Assembly (NCBI GenBank): GCA_035368605.1
Contig: DAOSLF010000003.1
Location: forward strand, 64,889 to 128,888
Direction of reading: 5' to 3'
DNA length: 64,000 bases
DNA from: Candidatus Omnitrophota bacterium
GTDB taxonomy: Bacteria > Omnitrophota > Omnitrophia > Omnitrophales > Aquincolibacteriaceae
In this document: positions 29,876 to 38,989 of the stretch, piece by piece
How the letters are laid out: every line of letters begins with the position of its first letter
Position numbering within the stretch: position 1 is the first letter of the stretch
The notes under the pieces: generated by a model
Databases searched by the model: none
Told to the model about the DNA's origin: nothing
The model's input: only the letters and a program-made list of their open reading frames with translations
Translations under genes and position numbers: made by a program

Positions 29876-32800
29876 TTGTCTTCCTCGAGAATCTCCTGCA
29901 AGATAACGGGCAGACGCCACTTTTCGATCCGGCAGAGGGCGGGATAAGGACAGAATTTTTCGCAGTCCCGCGGACGGACAAGAATCTTCAGGTCCTTGAT
30001 CTCCACCGTGAACCGTTTCACGAACTCGACGGTCCGCGCGAGGACATGGCGGAAATCCGCGTCTTCGAGAAGCGCCACCTTGCTTGAAATACCGAGACTG
30101 AATTTCCCGGCCGACTCCTTACGGTAAAATCCGCTCCGCGAACCTTCCTTCAACGAATAGAGCTCGCCGCCCACGGGTTCCAGCTTGAGAAGTTCTTCCA
30201 CCGCCAACACATAGAGCGGCAGTTGCAGCGAGGTGCCGATCGCGAGGGCCTCGCGGTCCAGTTTCGCCGTTCGCTTGTAATCCACGACCAGGCCCGCCTT
30301 CCCTTCCCCATCCGTGTCGATCCGATCGATTCGGCCCCGAATCCGGATTTCCTTTTCGCCGTCCCGGATCCGGAACGCCGGAGACCGGTAGTCCTTTCCC
30401 GTCCCGAAACCGTATTCGACATACGCCGGACGGAGTTGGCGGACCGAAAGTTTCTCGATCTCCTTTTCGAGGACCGAAAGGAGCATCTCCTTCACGTCGG
30501 CCCGGTCCAGATCCTCCCGGAATTTCTGTTCCGCCGTGAGGGGGTATCTCTGAAAAGCCTCTTTCAGTTTTTCCTCGACAAACTTTTCAGGCGCCGCGTG
30601 GTGATTTCCCGTCCGGATGAAGTCTCGGAAATATTCCTCGAGCACCCAATGCAGGATGTTCCCCTTCTGCCGGGAAGTAATGTCTTCCGTCGGGTCCTGG
30701 AGATTGAGGATGTGATGCGCGAAATAACGGTAAGGACATTTCGCGAATTCCTCGAGGCGGGTCGGGCTGGCCTCTCCGACATCAAAAAAACCGCCGTTCC
30801 GGATTCCGGGGTCCCCGATCACGGCCTCGATGGGGGTGATCGCCCGCAGGAGCTTGTCGAGAGGAACGCGCGCGGGCGGACCTTCCGCGGGAATCTTGCC
30901 GCCGGACTCAACGCGCTCGCGTAACTCTCCGAGAAAAGCGACCTCGCGTTCGCGGCCCGTGATCGCCTCCTCCGCCCCGGGATAGGGCCTCGCGAGCTTC
31001 TGCTTCACGACGGGGACCTTCCCGTCAAAAAGCCTCTGGACCTCCTCGAGATAAAAGGACCGGAGCGATTCCTTGCCTTCGAGGTCGATGTGAGGGTACG
31101 AGAAATAAAGGCGCTCGCTCGCCCGCGTCACGGCGAGGTAGAAAAGATATCGCTCAAGACTCTGCCGGGGCAGGCGTTCCTGCAACGGGTGTTCGAGCCC
31201 TGCGTTCATGATCGCGCGTTCCCAGTCCGAAAGAAGCGGATCCTCGCGAATCTGCACGGGAAAAACCCGCTCGAGCATCCCGGCCACGAAAACAACTCGG
31301 TATTCTTTTTGACGAGCAAGCGACACGTCGTAGATCTGGACCCGGTTCTTGTCGCGCTCGTGGAGTGAATACACATCGAGTTCGACAAGCCCGAGGAACT
31401 GATCGGCGAAGGAATCGAACAAAACGGCGTGCGCGCCGACTCTGGAGGCGTTCATCCGGATCTCTTCAAGCAGTGTCGTGAAACGCCGCGCGGCCGAGGC
31501 GTCGCTCCGCGTGAACGGCGTGTAATCGTCCGAGATTTCGAGGATGCCGAAGGTGTGGCCGACCGCGTGCGTGAGAAGACGGATATGATCGGCCGCGGTT
31601 TCCGCCGCGAGAAAAGCGGCCTCTAGCTCAAGCAGGACCCCGAGGAATTTGTCCTTGCCCGCCCCTCCGTTCTCCGCAAGCGCCGTCTCATTAACCCAGG
31701 GGGCTGTCCACGCTTCGCGGCCTTCGAGGACACCGTTCTCGAAGCTCCCCGCCTCGAATTTCGAGAGCCAGTCGTTGTCCCTCGCGAGATCGCCGAATTT
31801 CCGCACGTATCCGGATTTGACGAACGCGAGAACATCCTCCCGTCTCCAACCGTTCCGGAATATCGAAAGAAGCGCCGCCACCGCACCGATCCAGGGCGAG
31901 AGCTTGAGGCGGTCGCGTTCATGGACCTCGACCGGAATCCCGTAGCGTTCGAAGATCGGGGGAACAACCCGTCCGTAATCGCGGACCTGACGAAACAGCA
32001 CCGCGAAATCGCTGTAACGGTAGTTCCCCGACGCGTAAAGCCCGTGGATCTCGCGTGCGATCAGCTCGATCTCGCCTTCGATTCCGACTGCATCAAGAAA
32101 AGTGATCCCCTCCGGGGGTCTGGCTCCGTTGCGGTCCCCTGAAATGGTGCCTGACCCCGTTTTTATATTTTGGCCGAACAGATTCCGCTGAAGATGTAAA
32201 AGCGCCGGTTCCCTCGTCCGGTGACAAACGGGTTTCATCTTTTCCACCTTGAAACCGGCTTCCTCGAGCATCGCACGGGTGGAACGGATGGTCTCGAAAG
32301 CGTCCTCACGAACCGGGCCCTCTTCCGCCGTCAGTGTCACGATCATCTCATCCGACAGGGCGGCGAGTGCCCGGACATATTCGGCCTGGAGGTTGGAGAA
32401 ATCGAAAAAGCCATCGAGCCAGAGCGCTTTGAACCGGACCGGCGGCTGCCCGCCTTTGCGGGTCCGCTCCCGCCAGATCCGGAGCGTGTCCTGGAGATCC
32501 CTGAGACCGCGCTCCTTCAGCTCCGACTCATATCCTTCATAGACCGCGGCAAGCGCCTCGTATTTGGGGCCGAAGGCTGGTTCATATTTTTTGAGGGCGT
32601 TCATCCTCTCGCGGAATTCCGCGGGCGTCACGCAGGCTTCCTTGAGCTCCGAAATCCCGCCCAGGAGAAGTCCGACGAATCCCGGCAGGTCTTTCACGTC
32701 CCGAAAATATTCCCAGTCGTTCTTGCCGAGGAGATCGCGGACGATAATGGCCCGCGTAAGGCTTGAAACGACCGGAATCTCCGGGACCCGGAAGACATCG

Positions 32801-33021
32801 GTGATAAGGCGGGAAAGGGTCGTGACGCGTTTATGAAAAAAACCCGGAAGTCCCCGCTGGATGAGGAGTGAAACCACCCGTTCGGTGTGCTCGGCAGAGG
32901 GGACGATCAGGAAAGTGTCGGGCTCGAGCGGATTCGACGTCCGGAGGCTTTTTTCGAAGGCCTCCAGCAACGCGCGGGTCTTCCCGCATCCCGCCGGGCC
33001 GATCAGGAGAGTCTTCGTCAT
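29851..33021 (-). CDS. addB: AddB-type helicase-nuclease subunit B (inactive-helicase/PD-(D/E)XK nuclease, Fe-S)
   Basis: 1056 aa. N-terminal Walker A GPAGCGKT, C-terminal nuclease motif VVDYKRT, and a Cys cluster (CPYRYF ... CEKFCPYPALC) as in AddB Fe-S staples. Confidence 0.7.
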   Translation of the reverse strand: MTKTLLIGPAGCGKTRALLEAFEKSLRTSNPLEPDTFLIVPSAEHTERVVSLLIQRGLPGFFHKRVTTLSRLITDVFRVPEIPVVSSLTRAIIVRDLLGKNDWEYFRDVKDLPGFVGLLLGGISELKEACVTPAEFRERMNALKKYEPAFGPKYEALAAVYEGYESELKERGLRDLQDTLRIWRERTRKGGQPPVRFKALWLDGFFDFSNLQAEYVRALAALSDEMIVTLTAEEGPVREDAFETIRSTRAMLEEAGFKVEKMKPVCHRTREPALLHLQRNLFGQNIKTGSGTISGDRNGARPPEGITFLDAVGIEGEIELIAREIHGLYASGNYRYSDFAVLFRQVRDYGRVVPPIFERYGIPVEVHERDRLKLSPWIGAVAALLSIFRNGWRREDVLAFVKSGYVRKFGDLARDNDWLSKFEAGSFENGVLEGREAWTAPWVNETALAENGGAGKDKFLGVLLELEAAFLAAETAADHIRLLTHAVGHTFGILEISDDYTPFTRSDASAARRFTTLLEEIRMNASRVGAHAVLFDSFADQFLGLVELDVYSLHERDKNRVQIYDVSLARQKEYRVVFVAGMLERVFPVQIREDPLLSDWERAIMNAGLEHPLQERLPRQSLERYLFYLAVTRASERLYFSYPHIDLEGKESLRSFYLEEVQRLFDGKVPVVKQKLARPYPGAEEAITGREREVAFLGELRERVESGGKIPAEGPPARVPLDKLLRAITPIEAVIGDPGIRNGGFFDVGEASPTRLEEFAKCPYRYFAHHILNLQDPTEDITSRQKGNILHWVLEEYFRDFIRTGNHHAAPEKFVEEKLKEAFQRYPLTAEQKFREDLDRADVKEMLLSVLEKEIEKLSVRQLRPAYVEYGFGTGKDYRSPAFRIRDGEKEIRIRGRIDRIDTDGEGKAGLVVDYKRTAKLDREALAIGTSLQLPLYVLAVEELLKLEPVGGELYSLKEGSRSGFYRKESAGKFSLGISSKVALLEDADFRHVLARTVEFVKRFTVEIKDLKILVRPRDCEKFCPYPALCRIEKWRLPVILQEILEEDKKRGQSPF
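32111..32166. repeat. Diverged copy of the palindromic repeat, embedded in frame inside addB
   Basis: CGGGGGTCTGGCTCC-GTTGCGGTCCCCTGAAA-TGGTGCCTGACCCCGTTTT aligns to the intergenic repeat. The right arm has 1 mismatch; the left arm has 3 mismatches and 1 indel. It encodes the AddB segment NIKTGSGTISGDRNGARPPEG. Confidence 0.6.
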
Positions 33022-33146
33022 GGCAAAAGCTCAAACCCGAATTTCCGGATCCGGAGTCCGGATGCCGGGCTCCGGGAGAATTTCGGACAGGGATCGATTT
33101 TGTTTTTTAAACGTCCGGGCCTGGATCATTGTTTTGTCATCTGAAA

Positions 33147-33644
33147 TCAGGATTTCGGATTTGCCGAATAAACCGCCATACTGTCGCCGCTCTCCCAGAG
33201 GGCAACCTCCACAACCGGCAGTTTCATGCGGCGGGCTTCCCTGAAAATCCATTCGGCAATGGCTTCCGCGGTCGGGTTCCCCTTGAAGAGAATGACCGGT
33301 TCCCCCGCTTTTTTGAGGATCGGGGCGAGCGGATCCCTGGAGTTCAGGATCATCTTGTGGTCCAGCGTGCGGTCGATCCAGTCGCCGATCGTGCGTTTGA
33401 TATCGTAAAAATCCACGACCATACCCCGCCGGTTCAGCTTCGGCGTCTGCATCACGATGCGGACCTTGGCGCTGTGGCCGTGAAGGTGCGAGCACTTGTG
33501 CTGTCCTCCGTTTTCTTCCGCGAAAAGGTTGCCAGCGCCAGTCCCACGAATCTTTGAGTTTTTCGATGGAGACCGGGACTTGTCATGGCCCCCGAGCAAC
33601 CGGTGTCCGTAATTGAAATAAAGTGTTTTTGCGACTTTAAACAT
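33147..33644 (-). CDS. queD: 6-carboxy-5,6,7,8-tetrahydropterin synthase
   Basis: QueD/PTPS fold motifs YFNYGHRL ... HKCSHLHGHS ... E-W. An extra ~18-aa loop sits between the first His and the Cys-x-x-x-His-Gly-His motif. Confidence 0.75.
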   Translation of the reverse strand: MFKVAKTLYFNYGHRLLGGHDKSRSPSKNSKIRGTGAGNLFAEENGGQHKCSHLHGHSAKVRIVMQTPKLNRRGMVVDFYDIKRTIGDWIDRTLDHKMILNSRDPLAPILKKAGEPVILFKGNPTAEAIAEWIFREARRMKLPVVEVALWESGDSMAVYSANPKS

Positions 33645-33647
33645 GAT

Positions 33648-34862
33648 TTACCCCGTTATCTTGACCAAGCGTTCAATGACTTCCTCGACGACCCGGTTGG
33701 GGGTCGAGGCCCCCGCGGTGATGCCGATCCTCACCGGTCCCGCCGGAAGCCAGTCCACCGTCTCGGTGATGACGTGCGTGTCAATGCCGCGGTGGCTGAT
33801 CTTCTCCGCGGAAAGAAGACAGTCGGCATCCTCGATATGGAAGGACCTGGCGTACCCGGAAGCGATCCCCGCAAGATGGCCCGTGTTGCTCGATTTATAA
33901 CCGCCGATCACGAGGATCAGGTCCATTCCCTTCTCGCCGAGCTCGCGGATCGCGTCCTGGCGGTCCTGCGTGGCGGAACAGATCGTGTCGAAATGGCGGA
34001 ACCTGTCCTCCGCTTCGGCTTCCCCATACCGGGTCGCGAGCGCGGCCCGCAGCATGCCCGAGATCTCGACGGACTCGCTCATCAGCATCGTCGTCTGGTT
34101 CGCGAAACCGATCTTCCCGAGATCCTGTTCGGGATCGAACCCCGCCGAGCAAACGTCCCCGAACTTGCCGGGAAACGAATCCCGGTTCCCCGGTCCCCGG
34201 ATCTGTTCGCAAACCAGTTTCGCCTGTTCCGTGTCCTTGATAACGATGTACTTCCCCGCCCGCGAGCACGTCGCGCGCGTCTCTTCATGATCGTATTTAC
34301 CGTGGATCACGGAGGTGAACCCGTCCCGCGCATAGGATTCCACGCGGCGCCAGACGCTCATGACCGACCCGCAGGTCGTGTCCACGATCACACAGCCGCG
34401 TTCCTGATATTTCTTGAGCGCTTCGACCGGAAGCCCGAAGGCCGGCATGACCACGATGTCCTTCGCCGTCAGGTCCGCCGTCGAAACTCCGCAAGCCGCC
34501 GCGCCCGACAGGAACTGAATGCCGAGCTCGCGAAGTTCCTTGTTCACGCGCGGGTTGTGGATGATCTCATCGGTGAGAAAGATACGCCGGTCCGGAAATT
34601 TTGCGCGGGTCTCATAAGCATAGGTCACGGCGCGCTCCACACCGTAGCAGAACCCGAACTCGCGCGCGAGGAAGATCTCGACCCGCCCCTGCTTGATCCG
34701 GAAATCATTCCCCCGGATCCGCTCGATCAGAAGGCTCGCGTTATTCACCTCAGGATGTTCGTTCCCGGTCGCTTTCCCTTTATCTCTCATAATGGTTCGC
34801 CCGTTGCAATCGTGGCCCAGGATCGTTTGTTGAATGCTTGTCACGAGGTCGGCCGAAAACAC
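33648..34862 (-). CDS. ispH: 4-hydroxy-3-methylbut-2-enyl diphosphate reductase (long, cyanobacterial/plant-type IspH)
   Basis: Fe-S Cys motifs GFCYGV, DTTCG and ICSAT, with a ~50-70-aa N-terminal extension typical of the long IspH form. The start would be GTG at 34862, with an ATG alternative at 34790. Confidence 0.85.
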   Translation of the reverse strand: MFSADLVTSIQQTILGHDCNGRTIMRDKGKATGNEHPEVNNASLLIERIRGNDFRIKQGRVEIFLAREFGFCYGVERAVTYAYETRAKFPDRRIFLTDEIIHNPRVNKELRELGIQFLSGAAACGVSTADLTAKDIVVMPAFGLPVEALKKYQERGCVIVDTTCGSVMSVWRRVESYARDGFTSVIHGKYDHEETRATCSRAGKYIVIKDTEQAKLVCEQIRGPGNRDSFPGKFGDVCSAGFDPEQDLGKIGFANQTTMLMSESVEISGMLRAALATRYGEAEAEDRFRHFDTICSATQDRQDAIRELGEKGMDLILVIGGYKSSNTGHLAGIASGYARSFHIEDADCLLSAEKISHRGIDTHVITETVDWLPAGPVRIGITAGASTPNRVVEEVIERLVKITG

Positions 34863-34901
34863 CCGCTCTCCACGTCCGGGGCACCGAAGACCCCATCGGG
34901 A

Positions 34902-35900
34902 TCAGGCGGCGAGCTGACGGATCGTAACCCCGGCCTGCTGGAGAAGCTTGAAGGAAATATCGGAGAGCGGATAAGTCGCCTGGTAAACGACCTCGCTGAT
35001 CCCGGCGTTGATGATCATCTTCGTGCACATCAGGCACGGTGAAAAGGTCGTGTACAGGGTCGCTCCCTTCAGCGCGACACCATGATAGGCCGCCTGGACG
35101 ATCGCGTTCTCCTCGCCGTGAGAACAGAGGCATTCTCCCAGATCCTTCCCCGATGTCTCGATGCTCAGGCACCGCGGACAGCCGCCTTCATTACAATTTG
35201 TAATACCGCGCGGCGTGCCGTTGTAACCGGTGGAAATGATCCGCTTGTCCTTCACGATCACGGCCGCGACCTTGCGTTTCATGCAGTTCGACCGAAGCGC
35301 CGCGACCTTCGCGATATTCATGAAATACTCGTCCCAACCGGGGCGCGGCTGGCTTTGCGCCAGTTTCACGAGAATCTGTTTCACCTTATCATGCAGCTCT
35401 TTCAGGGGGCCGTTATTGTCGACCTGGATATCCGCGAGCATCAGCGCCTGGTCGAGCTGCTGGTCGGTCCGGTTCTCGCTTTTGGCCTCTTTCGCCTCGA
35501 TGGCCTGAAAATCCTCCCAGACCCCGGGATCGTTCTCGCGGCCGCGCTGACGGAGCCGCTCGAAACGAAGCCGTTCGGGCGCCCGGACGCAAAGAAATGT
35601 GAAATTCGGACGGCGGCGGAACACCCGGACCTCGGAAGGATGGCGGATGGAATCGATCACGTAATGTTTTTCGGGATCCAGCTTCGCGAAGATGCGCTCG
35701 GCCAGGCATCCGGGGCCTTCTTTTTCGCGCAGCTCGTTGCCGAGCGCGATCAGGGTATCGCGACTGATCTCAACCCCGCGTTTTTTCGCCTCCTCGCGAA
35801 TGGCGTCCGAAAGCGAATAGTAATGGAAGCCGCGCTCTTTCAGAAAATTCGCGACCTCGCCTTTTCCCGAGCCATTCTTTCCCGTCAGTCCGATGATCAT
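34902..35900 (-). CDS. Fusion protein: N-terminal P-loop nucleotide/nucleoside kinase-like domain plus C-terminal dCMP/CMP deaminase (ComEB-like) domain
   Basis: N-terminus IIGLTGKNGSGKGEVANFL (Walker A, dephospho-CoA-kinase/dNMP-kinase-like). C-terminal half has CSHGEENAI ... SPCLMCTKMI, the zinc-binding CDA motifs HxE and PCxxC. Confidence 0.7.
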   Translation of the reverse strand: MIIGLTGKNGSGKGEVANFLKERGFHYYSLSDAIREEAKKRGVEISRDTLIALGNELREKEGPGCLAERIFAKLDPEKHYVIDSIRHPSEVRVFRRRPNFTFLCVRAPERLRFERLRQRGRENDPGVWEDFQAIEAKEAKSENRTDQQLDQALMLADIQVDNNGPLKELHDKVKQILVKLAQSQPRPGWDEYFMNIAKVAALRSNCMKRKVAAVIVKDKRIISTGYNGTPRGITNCNEGGCPRCLSIETSGKDLGECLCSHGEENAIVQAAYHGVALKGATLYTTFSPCLMCTKMIINAGISEVVYQATYPLSDISFKLLQQAGVTIRQLAA

Positions 35901-35931
35901 GTGAAATCTCCAAATGCTAAAGTGACACGCT

Positions 35932-36546
35932 TCAGGCCTTGTTCCAGAAATCCGGGGCGTAATAACTCATATTCCCGGCATGGCGCTCCGCCAGGACCAG
36001 CACCGTTGAAGCGCGGCCATTCCGGGGAAAAGGCATCGCCGCGATCGCGCGGACCTCTTCTCCGGACTTGCCCGCGCCCGGCCGGAGGAACTGCACAGCT
36101 TGCTTCTCGAGATGAAAGGTCGACTCCTCGATATCGTCGACCCGGACCGCCATCACGTAAGGCGCGCTGTCCCCGAATTCCTCGACCCACTCCAGGGAAT
36201 TCCTGTCTTGCGCCTCCTCAATGAGAACGGCGGGAAGACATCGGCAACGATAGACGGAAACGGCGTTTTTCGGATGACCGAGAACTATGGCGGAGGAATC
36301 TTTCTCGTAACCGAGCGCGGTGAACTCCAGGACACGCTCCGCGGGCTGCCGGGTCCGGAAGAGGAAATGGTCCAGGATGGGCCTGACGCCGACCCCGATG
36401 ACCGTGATCCCGCGAAAAATCGCTTTCGCGGCAGGGTTGCTGACGGCAAAATCCTGCGCGTACTTTTTGAGGATCCGTTCAAGCTCACCGATATCGGGAT
36501 GGGACACCGCTCGCGACATGCCGGGACCTTTCACATTGGAAAACAA
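35932..36546 (-). CDS. Hypothetical protein
   Basis: 204-aa ORF with good codon usage. No motif I can name confidently, and the start is uncertain. Confidence 0.4.
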   Translation of the reverse strand: MFSNVKGPGMSRAVSHPDIGELERILKKYAQDFAVSNPAAKAIFRGITVIGVGVRPILDHFLFRTRQPAERVLEFTALGYEKDSSAIVLGHPKNAVSVYRCRCLPAVLIEEAQDRNSLEWVEEFGDSAPYVMAVRVDDIEESTFHLEKQAVQFLRPGAGKSGEEVRAIAAMPFPRNGRASTVLVLAERHAGNMSYYAPDFWNKA

Positions 36547-36593
36547 GAAGCCCGCCCGGCGGTTCCCGGGCGGGCCTTCATTCGGACAACCGC

Positions 36594-36905
36594 TTATTTC
36601 AGCTTGTTCGTGGCGTTTTTCGGAGCTTCATCCCTGGATCGCGGCGTGACCTTCGGATTCGCCTTGAACTGGGGCGCAAGCTCCGCGTTGATCCTGGCCC
36701 AGGTGGGGTCCATATCCTCCGACTCCACGATCGAACCGACCGGGCATTCCGCCGCACACGCGCCGCACGAAATACAGACCGTCGGGTCGATGACCATGAA
36801 ATCCTTCCCCTGGTAGGTCCCCGGGGAAATCGCCTCGACCGGACAAACGGTCGCGCAGATACCATACCGTTCGCCGTGACACTTCTCAGTGATGACGTAA
36901 GCCAT
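36594..36905 (-). CDS. Ferredoxin (7Fe/8Fe type; 3Fe-4S plus 4Fe-4S clusters)
   Basis: MAYVITEKCHGERYGICATVCPVEAI ... CISCGACAAECP: the classic two-cluster ferredoxin pattern. Confidence 0.8.
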   Translation of the reverse strand: MAYVITEKCHGERYGICATVCPVEAISPGTYQGKDFMVIDPTVCISCGACAAECPVGSIVESEDMDPTWARINAELAPQFKANPKVTPRSRDEAPKNATNKLK

Positions 36906-37060
36906 TGTTCATTTTCTCCTCTTGGTTAGTTTCCCGAATGGGGCGTATTCTAGCTTTCATCCCCCTCCATCGTCAATGTTTTCGGCCGGCCGTTCATTCG
37001 CGGGAACACAAGGAATCGAGACACGTCTGACTCAAATCTTTCGGGTATGCGCTAAAAAAA

Positions 37061-37939
37061 TCACCCCTCTGGACATTGTTTTCTTATGGAACACCGGGAC
37101 TGATCCTCCAGACGGGCAATACGGTCCCCGACCGGCGGATGCGTGCTGAAAAGGGCCGACCATCCCTTTCCCGAAAGCGGGTTCATGATGAAAAGATGCG
37201 CCGTGGCGGGCTGGGCGTCCCTTAGCGGTGTTCGGGCCGAAGCGGCCTCGATCTTCCTGAGAGCGCTCGCGAGGTAGAGCGGATTCCCGCAAAGCTCACC
37301 TCCCCTTTTGTCCGCCTCGTATTCCCGCGACCGCGAGATCGCGAGCTGGATAAGCGTCGCGGCAAGCGGCATGAGGATCGAGAACAGAAGCAGCATGATC
37401 GGATGCATCTGGCTCCTTTCATCCCGTTCCCCGCCGCTCCAGTGCAGGGACCAGCGGAACATGCCGGCAATCATACCAAGAGCCCCCGCGAGCGTCGCAA
37501 CGACCGTGGAAAGAAGAATGTCGCGGTTCAGGATATGCGACATCTCATGACCGAGCACGCCCTCAAGCTCTTCCTGGTTGAGAAGCGTCACAATGCCATG
37601 TGTCACGGCTATCGCCGCGTGCCGGGGGCCGCGTCCTGTCGCGAACGCGTTGGCGGAAGCGGACGGCAGGAGACATATCCTCGGCGGCGGGATCCCCGCC
37701 TTATCCGCGAGACGCCGGACGATCTCATGGACCTCGGGGGCCTCCTCCTCCGAAAGCGGCTGCGCCCGGTAAAGGGAAAGAACCATTCTGTCGCTGAACC
37801 AATAGGCGCCAAAATTCATCGCGACAGCCGCGAAAAAGGCGAACAGCATTCCTTCCCTTCCGCCGAGCAGGCTGCCGCACCAGATCAAAAGCAGGGTCAG
37901 GAGAACGAGAAGGAAAGTAGTCTTAAGAAAGTTCGTCAT
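37061..37939 (-). CDS. htpX: Zinc metalloprotease HtpX (M48 family)
   Basis: HEMSH zinc motif, a downstream EYEAD glutamate, and four TM segments. Confidence 0.85.
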   Translation of the reverse strand: MTNFLKTTFLLVLLTLLLIWCGSLLGGREGMLFAFFAAVAMNFGAYWFSDRMVLSLYRAQPLSEEEAPEVHEIVRRLADKAGIPPPRICLLPSASANAFATGRGPRHAAIAVTHGIVTLLNQEELEGVLGHEMSHILNRDILLSTVVATLAGALGMIAGMFRWSLHWSGGERDERSQMHPIMLLLFSILMPLAATLIQLAISRSREYEADKRGGELCGNPLYLASALRKIEAASARTPLRDAQPATAHLFIMNPLSGKGWSALFSTHPPVGDRIARLEDQSRCSIRKQCPEG

Positions 37940-38026
37940 AAACGGTCTGAACTGCCGGGACGGAATCAGCGGTCACATTCGTCGACATCGGGGTCACCTC
38001 GCGAAGTTGTCCCGCAGCCGCTTGTG

Positions 38027-38290
38027 TCAAAGATGAAATTTATCCTTCTTGCGCTCCAGCGTGCGATGAAACCTGTCCTCAACATCGGCGAGCGCTTCCT
38101 TGAGCGCCGAAAAAATCTTCGCCACCTGGTCGCCGTTATAGGAATACTGGGACGTCGCGAGGTTGCCGATCAAACGGATCTTGTCGAGCGTCGCCGCGAC
38201 CCGCTGCTCCGCGAGACGCCTGAACCGTTCTTCTTTTGTTTCCCCGGGCCGGCTTCCGGCGGTTTCATCGGGATTCCCTGTGTTTTCCAC
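38027..38290 (-). CDS. Small acidic hypothetical protein
   Basis: 87-aa ORF in an otherwise unassigned gap between htpX and a HAD hydrolase. Supported by coding potential only. Confidence 0.35.
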   Translation of the reverse strand: MENTGNPDETAGSRPGETKEERFRRLAEQRVAATLDKIRLIGNLATSQYSYNGDQVAKIFSALKEALADVEDRFHRTLERKKDKFHL

Positions 38291-38315
38291 GACACTCTCC
38301 TTTTGTTTTTTTCGG

Positions 38316-38936
38316 TCAGAAACGGACCTTCAGTTTCCGGAGTGCTTTTTTGAGGCGGTCGGGACCGCGAAAGCGGATAGCGTGCATCCCGGCCTTACGC
38401 GCCCCGGCAACGAAACTTTTCATATCGTCGATAAAGACGGTCTCTTCGGGCCTGAGACCGATCTTCTTCAGGACACGCCGGTAAATCTTGAGGTCGGGCT
38501 TGCGGGCCCCCACCTCATGGGACGGGAACATCCGACAAAAATGCCTCAGGATCCGGAATTCTTTCTTGATGTGCGTGAAATGAAGCGCGTTCGTGTTCGA
38601 GATGAGATAAAGCGGATAATGCTTCCCGATCCTCGCGAGCAATTTGTCCATGCCGGGGTTTTCCCAGAAGATGTCATTCCAGTAACGTTTGAAGGTCATG
38701 AACGGGACCGGCTTTTTAAAGACCCGGCAGGCCTCCCGGTAGAATTCCCGGGTCGAGATCTCCCCCCGCGTGTAGGCCTGTTCGAATCTGGAAAGAAAAA
38801 AGTGCGCCCAGATCCGCGCCTGGGAGATGCCGCCCGCCTCGGAGAAGCGACGTGCGGCTTTTTTAACGTCATAATTCACGAGGACGTTGCCAAGATCGAA
38901 GATCACAGCCTTGATTTCAGGGGGTTTCTTTTTCAT
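38316..38936 (-). CDS. HAD-family hydrolase
   Basis: Motif I AVIFDLGNVLV, a conserved S/T in ISNTN, and motif IV VFIDDMKSFV. The start is the internal Met MKKKPPEIK. Confidence 0.7.
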   Translation of the reverse strand: MKKKPPEIKAVIFDLGNVLVNYDVKKAARRFSEAGGISQARIWAHFFLSRFEQAYTRGEISTREFYREACRVFKKPVPFMTFKRYWNDIFWENPGMDKLLARIGKHYPLYLISNTNALHFTHIKKEFRILRHFCRMFPSHEVGARKPDLKIYRRVLKKIGLRPEETVFIDDMKSFVAGARKAGMHAIRFRGPDRLKKALRKLKVRF

Positions 38937-38989
38937 GGGCAAAGGATTGTAACATCGCAAGCCACCCGCCACAAGACACACGACTCGGT

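Noticed and set aside
29646-29981. 111-aa ORF and the N-terminal 100 aa of ORF 43281..43985 sharing the peptide GVSH(H/R)FREMVTDPV
   Set aside because: The shared peptide is just the translation of the palindromic repeat in one frame, so these are read-through artefacts and not a conserved small protein. The real gene at 43281..43661 starts downstream at MRQKTV.
33585-36224. 485-aa and 380-aa + strand ORFs
   Set aside because: Antisense to ispH, the kinase-deaminase fusion and neighbouring genes, and no motifs.
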